In this document: piece by piece, positions 32,352 through 42,921 of the stretch
Numbering within the stretch: position 1 is the stretch's first letter
Layout of the letters: the number at the start of each line of letters is the position of its first letter
Assembly: GCA_021735685.1 (NCBI GenBank)
Contig: JAIPGN010000001.1
Location: 15,994-79,993 of the forward strand
DNA length: 64,000 nt
Direction of reading: 5' to 3'
Source: Patescibacteria group bacterium
Lineage (GTDB): Bacteria > Patescibacteriota > Patescibacteriia > UBA2591 > UBA6264
Notes under the pieces: generated by a model
The model's database searches: none
The model's input: the letters and a program-made list of their open reading frames with translations, nothing else
Told to the model about the DNA's origin: nothing
Made by a program: the position numbers and the translations under genes

Positions 32352-33320
32352 CTACATTTTTTCAACAGTTTTGGAAAAATATAGAACCCAAGTTAAGTAT
32401 TGAAAAAGAGCCCAAAAAGATAATAAGATCAAAGAAATTAAAGTGATAATAATAGATAAAATAGCAATTAGGATCAAGAAGGCGGAAGGAGATAGAATAT
32501 TTAAAAGAAGTTTTAGGATTAAAGATAAAGGAACTAGAGTTCCAACAAAGATTAAGGAAATAAGAAGAGCGAAAATAATGCTAATGATTAATAAAAATAA
32601 AGAAATTTTAATTATTGATAGCCAGTTTTTGAAAAAGAATTTAATTGATTTTTTGATTGCCGAGAAAGCTTTTTCTTTCTTAATTATAATGAAGAAAATA
32701 CTAAATTTTACAATAAGAGTAAGGAATAGTCCTAAAAGTAAGGAAAAAAGAATATATATTGAACCCCAAAGATTAAAGAATTGATGATAAACATCGATTT
32801 GAGTCTTAAAAAGAATTGGTATATTAAGAAATAAAGCAATGATTATTCCAGAAAGAAAATAAATCAGAACAGAAGGTAAAAGGAATTTTTGGCTAGAAGA
32901 AAATAATTTTTGAAAGGACGTTTTCTTTTCTTTTTTTGACTTTAAAAACCATAAGATTAAATATATTTGAGAAACAAGAGTCAGGTAAGCAAAAAGAAGA
33001 ATTGCAAATAAAAATAACAGATTAAATCCGTTAAGATTTTTGAAGGTTCCTAAAATTAAAGTAATAATATCTGAAAATTCAGAAGATTGAGAGATTAGGA
33101 ACTTTGGAACGTTATTAATTACTGAACTAAAAAAAACATTGATTTCGCCGAGAATACTAAAAATTATTCTAAATTCTTGATTAATAAAGATTATTAAAAA
33201 AAATCCTAAAAATAAAAGTTGAGGATTTTTTAAACAAAGATTAAAAGATTTTTTAATGAATTTTAAAGGACTCCAGAAATTTTCCGAAAAATTGTTTTTG
33301 GTCTTAAAAAGAGAAATCAT
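32352..33320 (-). CDS. polytopic integral membrane protein, hypothetical
   Basis: 322 aa, extremely hydrophobic (I/L/F-rich) with multiple predicted TM helices. No recognisable motif. Confidence 0.4.
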   Translation of the reverse strand: MISLFKTKNNFSENFWSPLKFIKKSFNLCLKNPQLLFLGFFLIIFINQEFRIIFSILGEINVFFSSVINNVPKFLISQSSEFSDIITLILGTFKNLNGFNLLFLFAILLFAYLTLVSQIYLILWFLKSKKEKKTSFQKLFSSSQKFLLPSVLIYFLSGIIIALFLNIPILFKTQIDVYHQFFNLWGSIYILFSLLLGLFLTLIVKFSIFFIIIKKEKAFSAIKKSIKFFFKNWLSIIKISLFLLIISIIFALLISLIFVGTLVPLSLILKLLLNILSPSAFLILIAILSIIITLISLILLSFWALFQYLTWVLYFSKTVEKM

Positions 33321-33332
33321 ATATTTTTTAAG

Positions 33333-35150
33333 TTAATTTTTCATTGCTTTTTCAAACTCTTCTTTTTCTAAAGTTTCTTTCTCAAGAAGTAATTTAGCTA
33401 TTTTTTCTAGCTTTTTTTTGCGTTTGATTAGAATTTTTTCTGCAGCTTGGAAGCTTTTTTCAATAAAACTTGAAACTTCTTGGTCAATTAAAAGAGCAGT
33501 CTTTTCTGAAAAGTTTCTTTTTTCAGAAATTTCTTTCCCTAAAAAGACCATTTCATTTTTTTCTCCAAAGGTGCGAGGGCCTAAAGAATCACTCATTCCG
33601 TATTGAGTGACTAGCTTTTCTGCTAGAAAAGTAGCTCTTTTTAAATCATTAGCAGCACCAGTAGTTATTTCTTTGAATTTTAATTTTTCACTAATAAAAC
33701 CAGCTAAGAGAACGGAAATATTGTTTAGAAATTCCGTTTTAGATTTTAGGTATTTTTCTTCTTTAGGCATTCTTAAAGTATAACCAGCTGCTTGTCCTCG
33801 AGAAATTATTGATATTTTCTGAACTTGGTCGCAACCAGATAGGTAATGACTGACCAAAGCGTGTCCAGCTTCATGATAAGCCACAATTTCTCTTTCTTTT
33901 TTGGTTAAAATATGACTTCTTCTCTCCGGACCTAGCATTACTTTTTCAATACTGTTAAGAATATCTAAATTTTCGATTTTCTTTTTATTTTTCTTAGCTG
34001 CCAAAATAGCGGCCTCGTTTAACAAGCTTTCTAAATCAGCTCCACTAAATCCAGGTGTTCTTTCGGCAATATTTTTAATATTCACGTCTTTTTTTAAAGG
34101 TTTATTCCGAGCGTGAATTTTTAGAATAGATTCTCTTTGTTTGATGTCTGGTAAGTCCAAAACAACTTTACGATCAAAACGACCTGGTCGGAGAAGGGCG
34201 GGATCTAAAATGTCGGGCCGGTTAGTGGCGGCGATTACAATTAAACCAATATTGGGATTAAAACCATCTAATTCTACTAATATTTGATTCAAGGTTTGCT
34301 CTCTTTCGTCATGAGAACCGCCTAAACCAGCTCCTCTTTGACGACCAACTGCATCTAGCTCGTCAATAAAAAGAATAGCTGGCAAGTTCTTTTTAGCCTT
34401 ACTGAACAAATCTCGAACTCGACTAGCTCCCACGCCGACAAACATTTCAATAAATTCTGAGCCAGAGATATGAAAAAAGGGAACACCAGCTTCACCAGCT
34501 ACAGCTCGGCCCATCAAAGTTTTACCACAACCCGGCGGTCCGATCAAAAGCACTCCTTTAGGTATTTTTGCTCCTAAAGATATGTATTTTTTTGGTTTTT
34601 TCAAGAAATCTACAATTTCGTATAATTCATCTTTAGCTTCTTCTACTCCAGCGATATCTTTGAAAGTGGTTCTTTTTTTGTTTTTTTCAAGATTGATATT
34701 TTTAGCTCTACTTTCTCTGAATTTTAAAGCTTGCATTCCGGCGCCTTTCATTTTTCGAGTAAAAAAGAAAATCAGAACAAAAAGTAATAGAAGGGGAATT
34801 AAAAAGGGCAAGACAATAGTTAAAAAGAAGTTCTTACTGCTAAGATCCTTAACTTTAATGTCAATTATTTTAGTTTTTTCTAAAGGGAGGTTGTAATTTT
34901 CAAAAAGATCTCCCAAGGATTGACCTTCTTCTTTGATAACAAATTCTTCTTCTTTGTTATGAAGAAGAATATTTAATTTATTTCCCTCAATAGTGATTTC
35001 TTTTACTTTTTCTCCGAGGATTTGCTCGGATAATCGATTAAAGGTTATTTCTTGGGGTTTATTGCTATGATCACTGAGTAAGCTAAAAATTCCAGAAATG
35101 AATAAAAGAACAACAAAAAAAATGAGAAGATTTTTTAATAAAGACTTCAT
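33333..35150 (-). CDS. ftsH: ATP-dependent zinc metalloprotease FtsH
   Basis: 605 aa. Walker [13 protein letters not shown], the zinc motif HEAGHAL and an N-terminal TM anchor. Confidence 0.9.
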   Translation of the reverse strand: MKSLLKNLLIFFVVLLFISGIFSLLSDHSNKPQEITFNRLSEQILGEKVKEITIEGNKLNILLHNKEEEFVIKEEGQSLGDLFENYNLPLEKTKIIDIKVKDLSSKNFFLTIVLPFLIPLLLLFVLIFFFTRKMKGAGMQALKFRESRAKNINLEKNKKRTTFKDIAGVEEAKDELYEIVDFLKKPKKYISLGAKIPKGVLLIGPPGCGKTLMGRAVAGEAGVPFFHISGSEFIEMFVGVGASRVRDLFSKAKKNLPAILFIDELDAVGRQRGAGLGGSHDEREQTLNQILVELDGFNPNIGLIVIAATNRPDILDPALLRPGRFDRKVVLDLPDIKQRESILKIHARNKPLKKDVNIKNIAERTPGFSGADLESLLNEAAILAAKKNKKKIENLDILNSIEKVMLGPERRSHILTKKEREIVAYHEAGHALVSHYLSGCDQVQKISIISRGQAAGYTLRMPKEEKYLKSKTEFLNNISVLLAGFISEKLKFKEITTGAANDLKRATFLAEKLVTQYGMSDSLGPRTFGEKNEMVFLGKEISEKRNFSEKTALLIDQEVSSFIEKSFQAAEKILIKRKKKLEKIAKLLLEKETLEKEEFEKAMKN

Positions 35151-35186
35151 GAAAAACTGATTTTAATTAATTGAATTAGATGTGAT

Positions 35187-36257
35187 TTATTTCTTGAGAG
35201 ATAATCCTAAGCGATGATTTTTGGGCTCTATGGAAACAATAGAAAATTCTAAAACATCTCCTTCTTGAGCAAATTCAGAAATATTTTTAATAGGCTGATC
35301 AGAAAGTTCTGAAATATGAGCTAAGCCATGAATTAAAGGATCTAATTCTACAAAAAGACCAAAAGGATTAACTTTTAGAACCTTACCTTTTACTTTTTGT
35401 CCCAATTTATATTTTTCATTTATGTTTAGCCAAGGATCTTTAGTTATTTTCTTAACTGAGAGTGATATTTTGCCCTGATCAGTGATATCAATAATTTCTG
35501 CTTTTACCTTTTCTCCAACTTTAACAACATCTTTAGGATGATCAATGCGTCGCCAAGCTAATTCTGAAATATGAATTAATCCTTCTCGTCCTTGGTCAAA
35601 AGTGATAAAGGCTCCGAAGTCAACTAAACCGCTAATAGTTCCAGTGACTACGTTTCCCACTTTGTATTTATCGGTAATTTCTTTTACTGATCTTTGGTCG
35701 GCTTTTTTTTCAGAAACAATAAGAGTATTATTCTTTTCGTCAGCATTAATGATTTTAACATCAATTTCCTGACCAATGAATTTTTTTAACTTTTCTAATA
35801 TTTTGTTTTTATCTCCTCCTTCTACTCGAGGATAGTTTTCGTTACTTAATTGAGAAACTGGGAGAAAACCTTTTGTTTTTCCGTATTTAATCATTAACCC
35901 CCCTTTATTGGCGGCTGTTACTTTAACTTTAATTTTTTCTCCTTCTTGAGCTATTTTTTCTAGTTTATTCCATATTTTTTTATGACTAGCAGAGCGAAAT
36001 GATAATTCGATTAATCCTTTTTCGTTTTCTAGTTCCATGACAGTGGCTGAAATTTTGTCTCCCTTTTTTAAATTGGAAAAATCTCCAGATTCATCTAAAA
36101 GCTCTATACCGCGAACAATTCCCGTAGTAATGCCTTTGATGTCTAAATAAATTTCATTGCGTCCTATTTCAATAACAATCCCTTCCACCAATTCATTAAC
36201 TTTAGGAAGGAGTTTGGTTATTTGAGAATAGTCTTTTTTCTTTTCTGCTTCTTGCAT
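35187..36257 (-). CDS. rpsA: 30S ribosomal protein S1 (four S1 domains)
   Basis: 356 aa with repeated S1 OB-fold patterns (…GxVxxIxxFGxFVxL…). Confidence 0.7.
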   Translation of the reverse strand: MQEAEKKKDYSQITKLLPKVNELVEGIVIEIGRNEIYLDIKGITTGIVRGIELLDESGDFSNLKKGDKISATVMELENEKGLIELSFRSASHKKIWNKLEKIAQEGEKIKVKVTAANKGGLMIKYGKTKGFLPVSQLSNENYPRVEGGDKNKILEKLKKFIGQEIDVKIINADEKNNTLIVSEKKADQRSVKEITDKYKVGNVVTGTISGLVDFGAFITFDQGREGLIHISELAWRRIDHPKDVVKVGEKVKAEIIDITDQGKISLSVKKITKDPWLNINEKYKLGQKVKGKVLKVNPFGLFVELDPLIHGLAHISELSDQPIKNISEFAQEGDVLEFSIVSIEPKNHRLGLSLKK

Positions 36258-36436
36258 AATTTAACTTGGTTAAATTTTGTCGATTAAGACAAAAATTATT
36301 TAATTAATTAGATATAATAGCTTTTATTTTAACAAGAAGGACTGGATTGTCAATAAAAAAGAAATTGAAATTGATGATAGTTAACCCAAACTTTATTTTT
36401 TAATCTTTTTGCTGATTTTTTTAAAAGAACAAATTT

Positions 36437-36536
36437 AAAAACCGTTAAAAAATTGACGTTTTTAAAAAAATGAAGTTAAAATTCTTTCTCTGAGCTGCTT
36501 TTAGACAAGGCGTTTTTGGGGTCTGGCCCCAAATAT
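36437..36536 (+). repeat. about 100-nt dispersed repeat element, copy B
   Basis: aaaaccgttaaaaaattgacgttttt…ctttctctgagctgcttttagacaaggcgtttttggggtctggccccaaa, lying in the rpsA/ORF36549 divergent spacer. Confidence 0.8.
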
Positions 36537-36548
36537 AATTGACATTTA

Positions 36549-37739
36549 TTGAAGTTTATTTATAATGTTTTTATGGTTTTAGGAGCGAATAAAAAACAAC
36601 CTTTGGTTCTTTTTTTGGCAGCTTTGATGCTGGTTTTTTTTATTCTAATTACTTATTTTTATTGGGTTCCTGATAGTCTAATTTCTTTGGTTCCTGGCAA
36701 TGCTTTGTCTTACACTCATTTAAACTTAAGTAAATTTCATTATTCTGGATATTTAAGCCAAAAATGGATTAGAAATCATCAGTCTTTGGTAAAAGATTTT
36801 TTTCAAGAACGATCAATGCCTTCTGATTTTTTAGATTTTATTGAAGAAATAGCTTTTTTTACTTTACCTCCAGAAAAAGACAATAATCTTCCTTCGATGA
36901 ATTTACTTTTTCAAAGCAAGGATTTAAAAAAAGAAGATTTTCAAGAATTTTTTAAAGAGGATTGGGTTGAGGAAATGGCTCCCCATATCTTTTTAGTTTC
37001 TAAAGAAAAAAAAGATTTTACTAAAAAGGAGGGATTTTTGTCACAAGATAGCAGTTTTCGTTTTATTAACCCTTTTCAACAGGAAGTGGTTTTGGCGCCG
37101 GGATATTTTGATTTAAATTTAGTTTCCCTTTATTTACCGGTTAGAGAGAGAGGACTTGCTAAAAATTCTGAATTAAAGGAATTCGAGATTATTTATTCTT
37201 TAAAAGAAAAAGATTTGTTTTTTCAAATAGAAAGTAGCTCTGATTTTATTGTTTTGGTTAATAATTTTAATTCTGAGGATCTTTGGAATTTAAAAAATGA
37301 ATTTAAATTTGTTTTCAGCTTTCCTGATCAGACCTCTTTGGAGAATTTAAGGCAAAAAATTAGTACTTATCTTGCCTGGGGAAGCCCTCGAGAGAGACAG
37401 ATTGTTTTACCAGACAATACTTCTTTTACAGAAATTGTAATTAACCCAGAAAAATTTGCCTTTGAGGAGAAAGATTCAATTTATTATTGGCAGAGCCCTT
37501 CTTTGGAAGGAGATCAAGAATTTTCTCAATTTCCTTTAGTAGAATTTGCTTTTTTCCAAGAAAAGGGGTATGTTTATTTTTCTAATGATTTTTCTTTTCT
37601 AAAAGAAATTAAGAATCGTCAACAACAAGGTGAAGAAAAGCAGGAGTTTTTACTGATAGAATTAAATAATCCTTGGTTTCAGAGTTTAGTTCTCTCTTTT
37701 CAGGATAATAAGATTGTTGGGCATTTGGAAGAAAATTAA
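36549..37739 (+). CDS. hypothetical membrane-anchored protein
   Basis: 396 aa. N-terminal TM, acidic/aromatic-rich, no recognisable domain. Confidence 0.35.
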   Translation: MKFIYNVFMVLGANKKQPLVLFLAALMLVFFILITYFYWVPDSLISLVPGNALSYTHLNLSKFHYSGYLSQKWIRNHQSLVKDFFQERSMPSDFLDFIEEIAFFTLPPEKDNNLPSMNLLFQSKDLKKEDFQEFFKEDWVEEMAPHIFLVSKEKKDFTKKEGFLSQDSSFRFINPFQQEVVLAPGYFDLNLVSLYLPVRERGLAKNSELKEFEIIYSLKEKDLFFQIESSSDFIVLVNNFNSEDLWNLKNEFKFVFSFPDQTSLENLRQKISTYLAWGSPRERQIVLPDNTSFTEIVINPEKFAFEEKDSIYYWQSPSLEGDQEFSQFPLVEFAFFQEKGYVYFSNDFSFLKEIKNRQQQGEEKQEFLLIELNNPWFQSLVLSFQDNKIVGHLEEN

Positions 37740-37876
37740 TCTTCTTGTGGATAAGTTGACTTGCTATTTAACTTTTTGTTTATATACTTATACTCATTGT
37801 TTGAAACAGGAAAAGAGTTAAGTATTGCTGGTCAGAAAATTGCAAATAGTTAATTATTTAATAAATTATTTACTTT

Positions 37877-38287
37877 TTGATGCTTTTGGGGTGTCAAAAT
37901 ATTTTTTATCATTATAAATTTATGACTAAAGATTTTTTATCTCTTGCTCAAGAAAAATTAAAACAACAAAAAGAAAAAATTGAAAAACAATTGTCGGAAA
38001 TGTCTAATCGCAACCGAAGGAACGGAAGTTACTCTTATGAGGTTAAATTTCCAGAATATGGTCGTTCTGATGACGAAAACGCTAATGAAGTTGCTGATTT
38101 TGTGGACAGTGTTTCTTTGAGCAAAAATTTGGAAAATTCTTTGAAAGAAATTGAAAGCGCTTTAGGGAAAATAAATAAAGGGAAATACGGCCTTTGCGAA
38201 AGTTGCGGCAAGAAGATTGAGCAAAAAAGATTAACAATTCTTCCAACCGCTCGTTACTGTTTAGTTTGCAAAAAAAATAAAAAATGA
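37877..38287 (+). CDS. DksA/TraR-family C4 zinc-finger protein
   Basis: C-terminal CESCGKKIEQKRLTILPTARYCLVC four-Cys motif and an N-terminal coiled-coil. The start is possibly the internal Met at about 37922. Confidence 0.6.
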   Translation: MMLLGCQNIFYHYKFMTKDFLSLAQEKLKQQKEKIEKQLSEMSNRNRRNGSYSYEVKFPEYGRSDDENANEVADFVDSVSLSKNLENSLKEIESALGKINKGKYGLCESCGKKIEQKRLTILPTARYCLVCKKNKK

Positions 38288-38709
38288 AGTTTCTTAAAAC
38301 CAAGCAAGAAAAAATAACCTTTTGGCTCTCTTTTTTGGCTTTGGTTTTTTTTCTCTTAGATCGCCTTTTAAAGAAAATAGCTCTTCAGGGCGTAATAAGT
38401 TTTTCTCCTAATCCAAATTTAGCTCTGGGCATTCCTTGTCCAGATTTCATTTTTTATCCTTTGTTTTTATTTGTTTTTTATTTTTTGTCTCAAGGCTTAG
38501 TTAATTTTTGGCAGAAAAAAAAGTCAAGAGAATTTTTTGCCCTTTTTTTAATTTTAAGCGGTGCTTTTAGTAATTTTTTAGATCGGATTTATTACGCTTA
38601 TGTGATTGATTATTTTGATTTTTTTTCTTTTACTTTAATTAACTTGGCCGATTTAATGATTGTTTTTGGGGTTTTTATTTTAACTTTTTGTTTTTTTAGG
38701 AAAGCTTGA
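38284..38709 (+). CDS. lspA: lipoprotein signal peptidase (signal peptidase II)
   Basis: 141 aa, four TM segments. Conserved …SGAFSNFLDR…, …VIDYFDF… and …NLADLMIVFG… blocks. Confidence 0.75.
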   Translation: MKFLKTKQEKITFWLSFLALVFFLLDRLLKKIALQGVISFSPNPNLALGIPCPDFIFYPLFLFVFYFLSQGLVNFWQKKKSREFFALFLILSGAFSNFLDRIYYAYVIDYFDFFSFTLINLADLMIVFGVFILTFCFFRKA

Positions 38710-38741
38710 TCTAAGTGTTATAATTTGTTATGTTAGTAGAT

Positions 38742-38900
38742 ATGAAAAAGAAGAAATCAACAAAAGTTAAACGCTTGGCTCCGGGAATTCGTAAATTTAT
38801 TCGTCAAGAGAAAGCTCGTTTACGCCAAGAAGTTTCTAATAAAAAAGAAAGAAAAGATAGAATTAAAAAAATTTATCAGAGTTTTCTTAGGCAATTTTAA
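38742..38900 (+). CDS. small basic protein (52 aa), hypothetical
   Basis: MKKKKSTKVKRLAPGIRKFIRQEKARLRQEVSNKKERKDRIKKIYQSFLRQF. Extended -10 TGTTATAAT at 38716-38724 upstream. Below the ORF-track cutoff. Confidence 0.3.
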   Translation: MKKKKSTKVKRLAPGIRKFIRQEKARLRQEVSNKKERKDRIKKIYQSFLRQF

Positions 38901-38903
38901 TAA

Positions 38904-39986
38904 TTGTTTTTTATGAAAAAAGGAAGTGCATTTTTCTTTTATTTGTTATTTGTAGGAGTGGCACTTTTTTTATTCTTTCGTTTTTCAGCTCCAGGGAGTC
39001 AGTCTCCTGTTGAGAGTTTTGGTCCAACAGAAGAAGTAACTAATATTTCTAGAGAAGAAAAAGAACATTTGGTGATTAGTAAAGGTGAGGGCTTGAAAGA
39101 AATTGCTGAAAAATTAAAAGAAAAAGGGGTTATTGTTAATGAGCTTTTTTTTAAAGTTTATGCCTTTTTAACTAATACTAAGAATCGTCTTTTGCCCGGC
39201 CAATATGAAATTCCTAAAGACATTTCTTTAAAAGATTTATTAGCAATTTTATCTAGTTCTCCACTGGCTCCAGAAGAAACAGTAACCGTCATTGAGGGTT
39301 GGGATAACAAGAGAATCGCTTCTTTTTTAGAGCAAGAAGGACTGACAACTAAAGATGATTTCTTCTTGGCTCTTGATTATTTAAGTCAAGATCAAGAATT
39401 TTTAACTCAGTACAAAGATTTTTTTCCATTAAATCCTCGTCGTCAAAATAAAGCGGAAATATTTCAGGGTTATTTGTTTCCCGATACATATCGTTTTTAT
39501 CAAGAGTCTACAGCTGAGGCTATTATTCGAAAAATGATTGCTAATTTTGCTCAAAAATTTGACGCTGGTTTATTGGCCCAAGTTAAGGAAAGTGGACGTA
39601 CTGTGCCCGAAATATTAACCATGGCCTCTTTATTGGAAAAAGAGGCTTTTTTGGATCAAGATCGCCGTTTGATTGCTGATGTTTTTTGGACTCGTTTAGA
39701 AATTAATTGGGCTTTGGAATCTTGCGCTACTATAAATTATATTTTAGGAGATCCTAAAGAAAGGTTAAGTTTTGACGATACTAGAATTCCTTCTGAGTAT
39801 AATACTTATTTGCATCCTGGCTTACCTCCCGGACCAATCAACAATCCCGGTCTTTCTTCCTTGCAAGCTGCAGTTGATCCTTTAGAAAATAATTATTGTT
39901 GCTTTTTGTCTACACCAGAGGGTCAAATTATTTTTAGTCAAACTGTAGAAGAGCATAACAGAAATAAACAAGTTTATCTCAAATGA
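38904..39986 (+). CDS. mltG: endolytic murein transglycosylase MltG (YceG-like)
   Basis: 360 aa. N-terminal TM and YceG blocks (…QGYLFPDTYRF…, …LTMASLLEKEA…). Confidence 0.8.
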   Translation: MFFMKKGSAFFFYLLFVGVALFLFFRFSAPGSQSPVESFGPTEEVTNISREEKEHLVISKGEGLKEIAEKLKEKGVIVNELFFKVYAFLTNTKNRLLPGQYEIPKDISLKDLLAILSSSPLAPEETVTVIEGWDNKRIASFLEQEGLTTKDDFFLALDYLSQDQEFLTQYKDFFPLNPRRQNKAEIFQGYLFPDTYRFYQESTAEAIIRKMIANFAQKFDAGLLAQVKESGRTVPEILTMASLLEKEAFLDQDRRLIADVFWTRLEINWALESCATINYILGDPKERLSFDDTRIPSEYNTYLHPGLPPGPINNPGLSSLQAAVDPLENNYCCFLSTPEGQIIFSQTVEEHNRNKQVYLK

Positions 39987-40516
39987 AAAAATTTTCTTTT
40001 TTGCGGAGAAAGAGTTCTTTCCGAAAAAAATTAGAAAAAAGAATAAAAGTTTTTTGCCGAAATATAGCGAAAAGGGGCAAAAATTCTTGGCCAGCAAGGA
40101 TAGTTCTCGGCCTGCCTTTGGTTAGAAAAAATCTTTATGTTAAGCAATTTATCAAATTTATTTTAGTGGGTGGAATTTCCACTGTGATTGATTTTTCTCT
40201 CTATATTCTTCTGACTCGATTCTTTCTTTTTTGGCAGAGTCATTATCTTTGGGCAAATTTTGCTAGTATGTTTGTGGCTTCTTTGTTTAGTTTCTTTTTA
40301 AACAAAGAATGGACTTTTTCAGCTAATAATAAAAAAGTTTGGCGCCAATATCTTGATTTCTACATCACTATGATTTTTTGCCTTTTGCTTTATCAGGCTC
40401 TCTTTGGTTTTATTTCTTTAACTTTAGGTTGGTATGATATTGTAGCTAAGGCTTTATCCGCTTTTTTAATTATGTTATTTCGTTTTCATTTGCACAAATT
40501 TTGGGTATTTAAGTAA
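39983..40516 (+). CDS. GtrA-family membrane protein with basic N-terminal extension
   Basis: The FIKFILVGGISTVIDFSLYILL pattern is diagnostic of GtrA. Four TM segments. A 40-aa K/R-rich N-terminal tail. Confidence 0.65.
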   Translation: MKKFSFLRRKSSFRKKLEKRIKVFCRNIAKRGKNSWPARIVLGLPLVRKNLYVKQFIKFILVGGISTVIDFSLYILLTRFFLFWQSHYLWANFASMFVASLFSFFLNKEWTFSANNKKVWRQYLDFYITMIFCLLLYQALFGFISLTLGWYDIVAKALSAFLIMLFRFHLHKFWVFK

Positions 40517-40537
40517 TTTTATTAATTAAAATAATTT

Positions 40538-40996
40538 ATGATTTTAGAAGAGGTTAAAGTAAAAAAAATTAAACGTTTTGCTGATGATCGTGGTTTTTTT
40601 TCTGAGATCATTAAAGAGGGAGAAGAAACTTTTCGTTCCATTAAACAAACCAGTTATACGGAAACTTATCCGGGAGTGATCAAAGCCTTTCATTGGCACC
40701 GCAAGCAGTATGATGTTTGGTTTCCGATTAAAGGAAGCATTCAGATAGTGCTTTACGATCTAAGAAAAGATTCCTCTACTTTCAAGCAGACGCAAGTGAT
40801 TTATGCCGGAGAAGATAATCCTTCTTTAATTCTTATTCCTCCAGGAGTAGCTCATGGTTATCGGGTTTTGGGCTCTCAAAGAGCTGGACTTTTTTATCAT
40901 ACCAGTGAGGCTTATGATCCTAATAATCCGGATGAAGAGAGAATTCCCTTTGATGACCCTAAAGTTAATTTTGATTGGCAGACTAAAAATAAATAA
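40538..40996 (+). CDS. rmlC: dTDP-4-dehydrorhamnose 3,5-epimerase-like cupin
   Basis: 152 aa. The …FADDRGFFSEI… motif and …HGY…catalytic region are typical of RmlC. Located immediately upstream of rmlB. Confidence 0.6.
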   Translation: MILEEVKVKKIKRFADDRGFFSEIIKEGEETFRSIKQTSYTETYPGVIKAFHWHRKQYDVWFPIKGSIQIVLYDLRKDSSTFKQTQVIYAGEDNPSLILIPPGVAHGYRVLGSQRAGLFYHTSEAYDPNNPDEERIPFDDPKVNFDWQTKNK

Positions 40997-41003
40997 TTTT
41001 TTT

Positions 41004-42008
41004 ATGAAAATTTTAGTTACTGGTGGAGCTGGTTTTATTGGCTCTAATTTCATTCATTATCTTTTCAAGAAGCACTCAGATTATGAAATAATTAATCTGG
41101 ACTCACTTACTTATTGTGGTAATTTAGAAAATTTGAAAACAATAGAAGATAATCCTAATTATGAATTCATTAAAGGAGATATTTGTGACTCAGGGTTAGT
41201 TGATCAAGTCGTAAAAGATGTTGATGCTATTGTTCATTTTGCTGCGGAAAGCCATGTAGATCGTTCTATTTTAAATGCAACCCCTTTTGTGAGGACCAAT
41301 GTTCTGGGCACAACCAACCTTTTGGATGCAGCCCAAAAGCACAAAAAAAGATTTCATTATATTTCTACGGATGAGGTTTTTGGTAGTTTAGGTTCACAGG
41401 GTTACTTTAAGGAAAATTCTCATTATGACCCGCATAGTCCTTATTCTGCTTCTAAGGCAGCTGGTGATCATTTGGTGCGTGCTTATTTCCACACTCATCG
41501 ATTACCGATTACCATCACTAATTGTTCCAATAATTATGGACCTTATCAATTTCCAGAGAAATTAATCCCTCTTTTTGTTACGAATCTTTTAGAAAAAAAG
41601 AAAGTTCCTCTTTATGGAGAAGGCCTAAATGTTCGTGATTGGCTTTACGTGGAAGATCATTGTCAGGCCATTGATTTAGTTCTGCATCAAGGTAAGATTG
41701 GAGAAACTTATTGTGTGGGAGGCAATGAGGAAAAAACTAATTTAGAAATTACTCATAAAATATTAGAGATTTTAGGACTAGGAACAGAAATGATTGAGCG
41801 AGTTCCTGATCGTAAAGGTCATGATCAACGTTATGCTATTGACGCCTCTAAGATTAAGAAAGAATTAGGTTGGGAGCCAGAGCATAAGTTCGAAGAAGCT
41901 CTTTTAAAAACAGTAAAGTGGTATCAAAATAATGAAGAATGGTGGCAACGGATTAAAAACAAAGAATATTTAAATTATTATCAAAAGCAATATCAAGAAA
42001 AAAAATGA
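41004..42008 (+). CDS. rmlB: dTDP-glucose 4,6-dehydratase
   Basis: Start MKILVTGGAGFIGSNF. SDR catalytic YSASKAAGDHLVRAY. The ORF-track ORF begins earlier at 40854, but the conserved N-terminus starts at 41004. Confidence 0.85.
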   Translation: MKILVTGGAGFIGSNFIHYLFKKHSDYEIINLDSLTYCGNLENLKTIEDNPNYEFIKGDICDSGLVDQVVKDVDAIVHFAAESHVDRSILNATPFVRTNVLGTTNLLDAAQKHKKRFHYISTDEVFGSLGSQGYFKENSHYDPHSPYSASKAAGDHLVRAYFHTHRLPITITNCSNNYGPYQFPEKLIPLFVTNLLEKKKVPLYGEGLNVRDWLYVEDHCQAIDLVLHQGKIGETYCVGGNEEKTNLEITHKILEILGLGTEMIERVPDRKGHDQRYAIDASKIKKELGWEPEHKFEEALLKTVKWYQNNEEWWQRIKNKEYLNYYQKQYQEKK

Positions 42009-42847
42009 TGAGCACAAAAAAAATCTTTGCTATTATTGGAATTATTGGCCTTTTGGGAATGACTCTTTTAGGAACAATTAACCTCTTGTTGTCTCGTTCT
42101 CATCCGATTGATTTTAAGGATACAGAAAATGATCAAGAAAAAATTGAACCAGAAGGTATTTCCGAAGAAAATAATAATCAATCAATATCTCTAGAGACCG
42201 AAGCCTTAGAGAAACAAAAGGAAGTTTTAACTTTACCAGAGAAAGTTCAATATAGTGTTCCCTTTTATGGGCAGTCTCCTTTTGCCCTTTGGGATGATCT
42301 TCATAATGAAGCTTGCGAGGAGGCCTCATTGTTGATGGCGAAGTCATGGTTAGACAATAATCAGTTAAATCTAGAAGAATTGGATCAAAAAATTATAGAT
42401 GCGGTGACTTGGCAAGAAAAAGTATGGGGAGGGCATTTTGATCTTAGTGTTCAGAGGTCAGTAGAGTTGGCTCATAAATATTTTGATTTGGAAAAAATAT
42501 ATTACACGTCTTTAGAGTCAATACAAGGAGTTAAAAAAGAATTGGCTGAAGGTAATTTAGTGATTCTTCCCACTGCCGGAAGATTATTAAATAACCCTTA
42601 TTACACTTCTCCTGGTCCAGCTTATCATATGTTGATAGTTACGGGTTATAATTCTAAAGGAATAGTTACTAATGATCCGGGGACACGAAGAGGAGAGTCT
42701 TTTCTTTATTCTGAAGATATACTTTGGTCATCTATTCACGATTGGCCTTTAGCGTTAGGAGAGGGGCATGTTGATTTATCTAAAGACGAAAAAGCAAAGG
42801 TGGTGGAAGAACAAGGTGCAAAAATAATGATAGTAGTGAAGAAATAG
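42005..42847 (+). CDS. secreted/membrane-anchored papain-like C39-type peptidase-domain protein (Peptidase_C39_2/BtrH-like)
   Basis: 280 aa. N-terminal TM. …VPFYGQSPFALWDDLHNEACEEASLLMAKSW… has the Q…C signature of C39-like domains. Weak. Confidence 0.4.
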   Translation: MMSTKKIFAIIGIIGLLGMTLLGTINLLLSRSHPIDFKDTENDQEKIEPEGISEENNNQSISLETEALEKQKEVLTLPEKVQYSVPFYGQSPFALWDDLHNEACEEASLLMAKSWLDNNQLNLEELDQKIIDAVTWQEKVWGGHFDLSVQRSVELAHKYFDLEKIYYTSLESIQGVKKELAEGNLVILPTAGRLLNNPYYTSPGPAYHMLIVTGYNSKGIVTNDPGTRRGESFLYSEDILWSSIHDWPLALGEGHVDLSKDEKAKVVEEQGAKIMIVVKK

Positions 42848-42921
42848 ATTAATTTTTTGGGAAATTAAAAAAGTTTGGAGATCTGGTTTCCAAACTTTTG
42901 TTTTGTTTAAGATTAAAAAAT

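Noticed and set aside
40854-41003. Upstream 50 codons of ORF-track ORF 40854..42008 (rmlB)
   Set aside because: They overlap the rmlC 3' end in another frame and lack similarity to RmlB. The conserved Rossmann N-terminus MKILVTGGAGFIGS begins at 41004.
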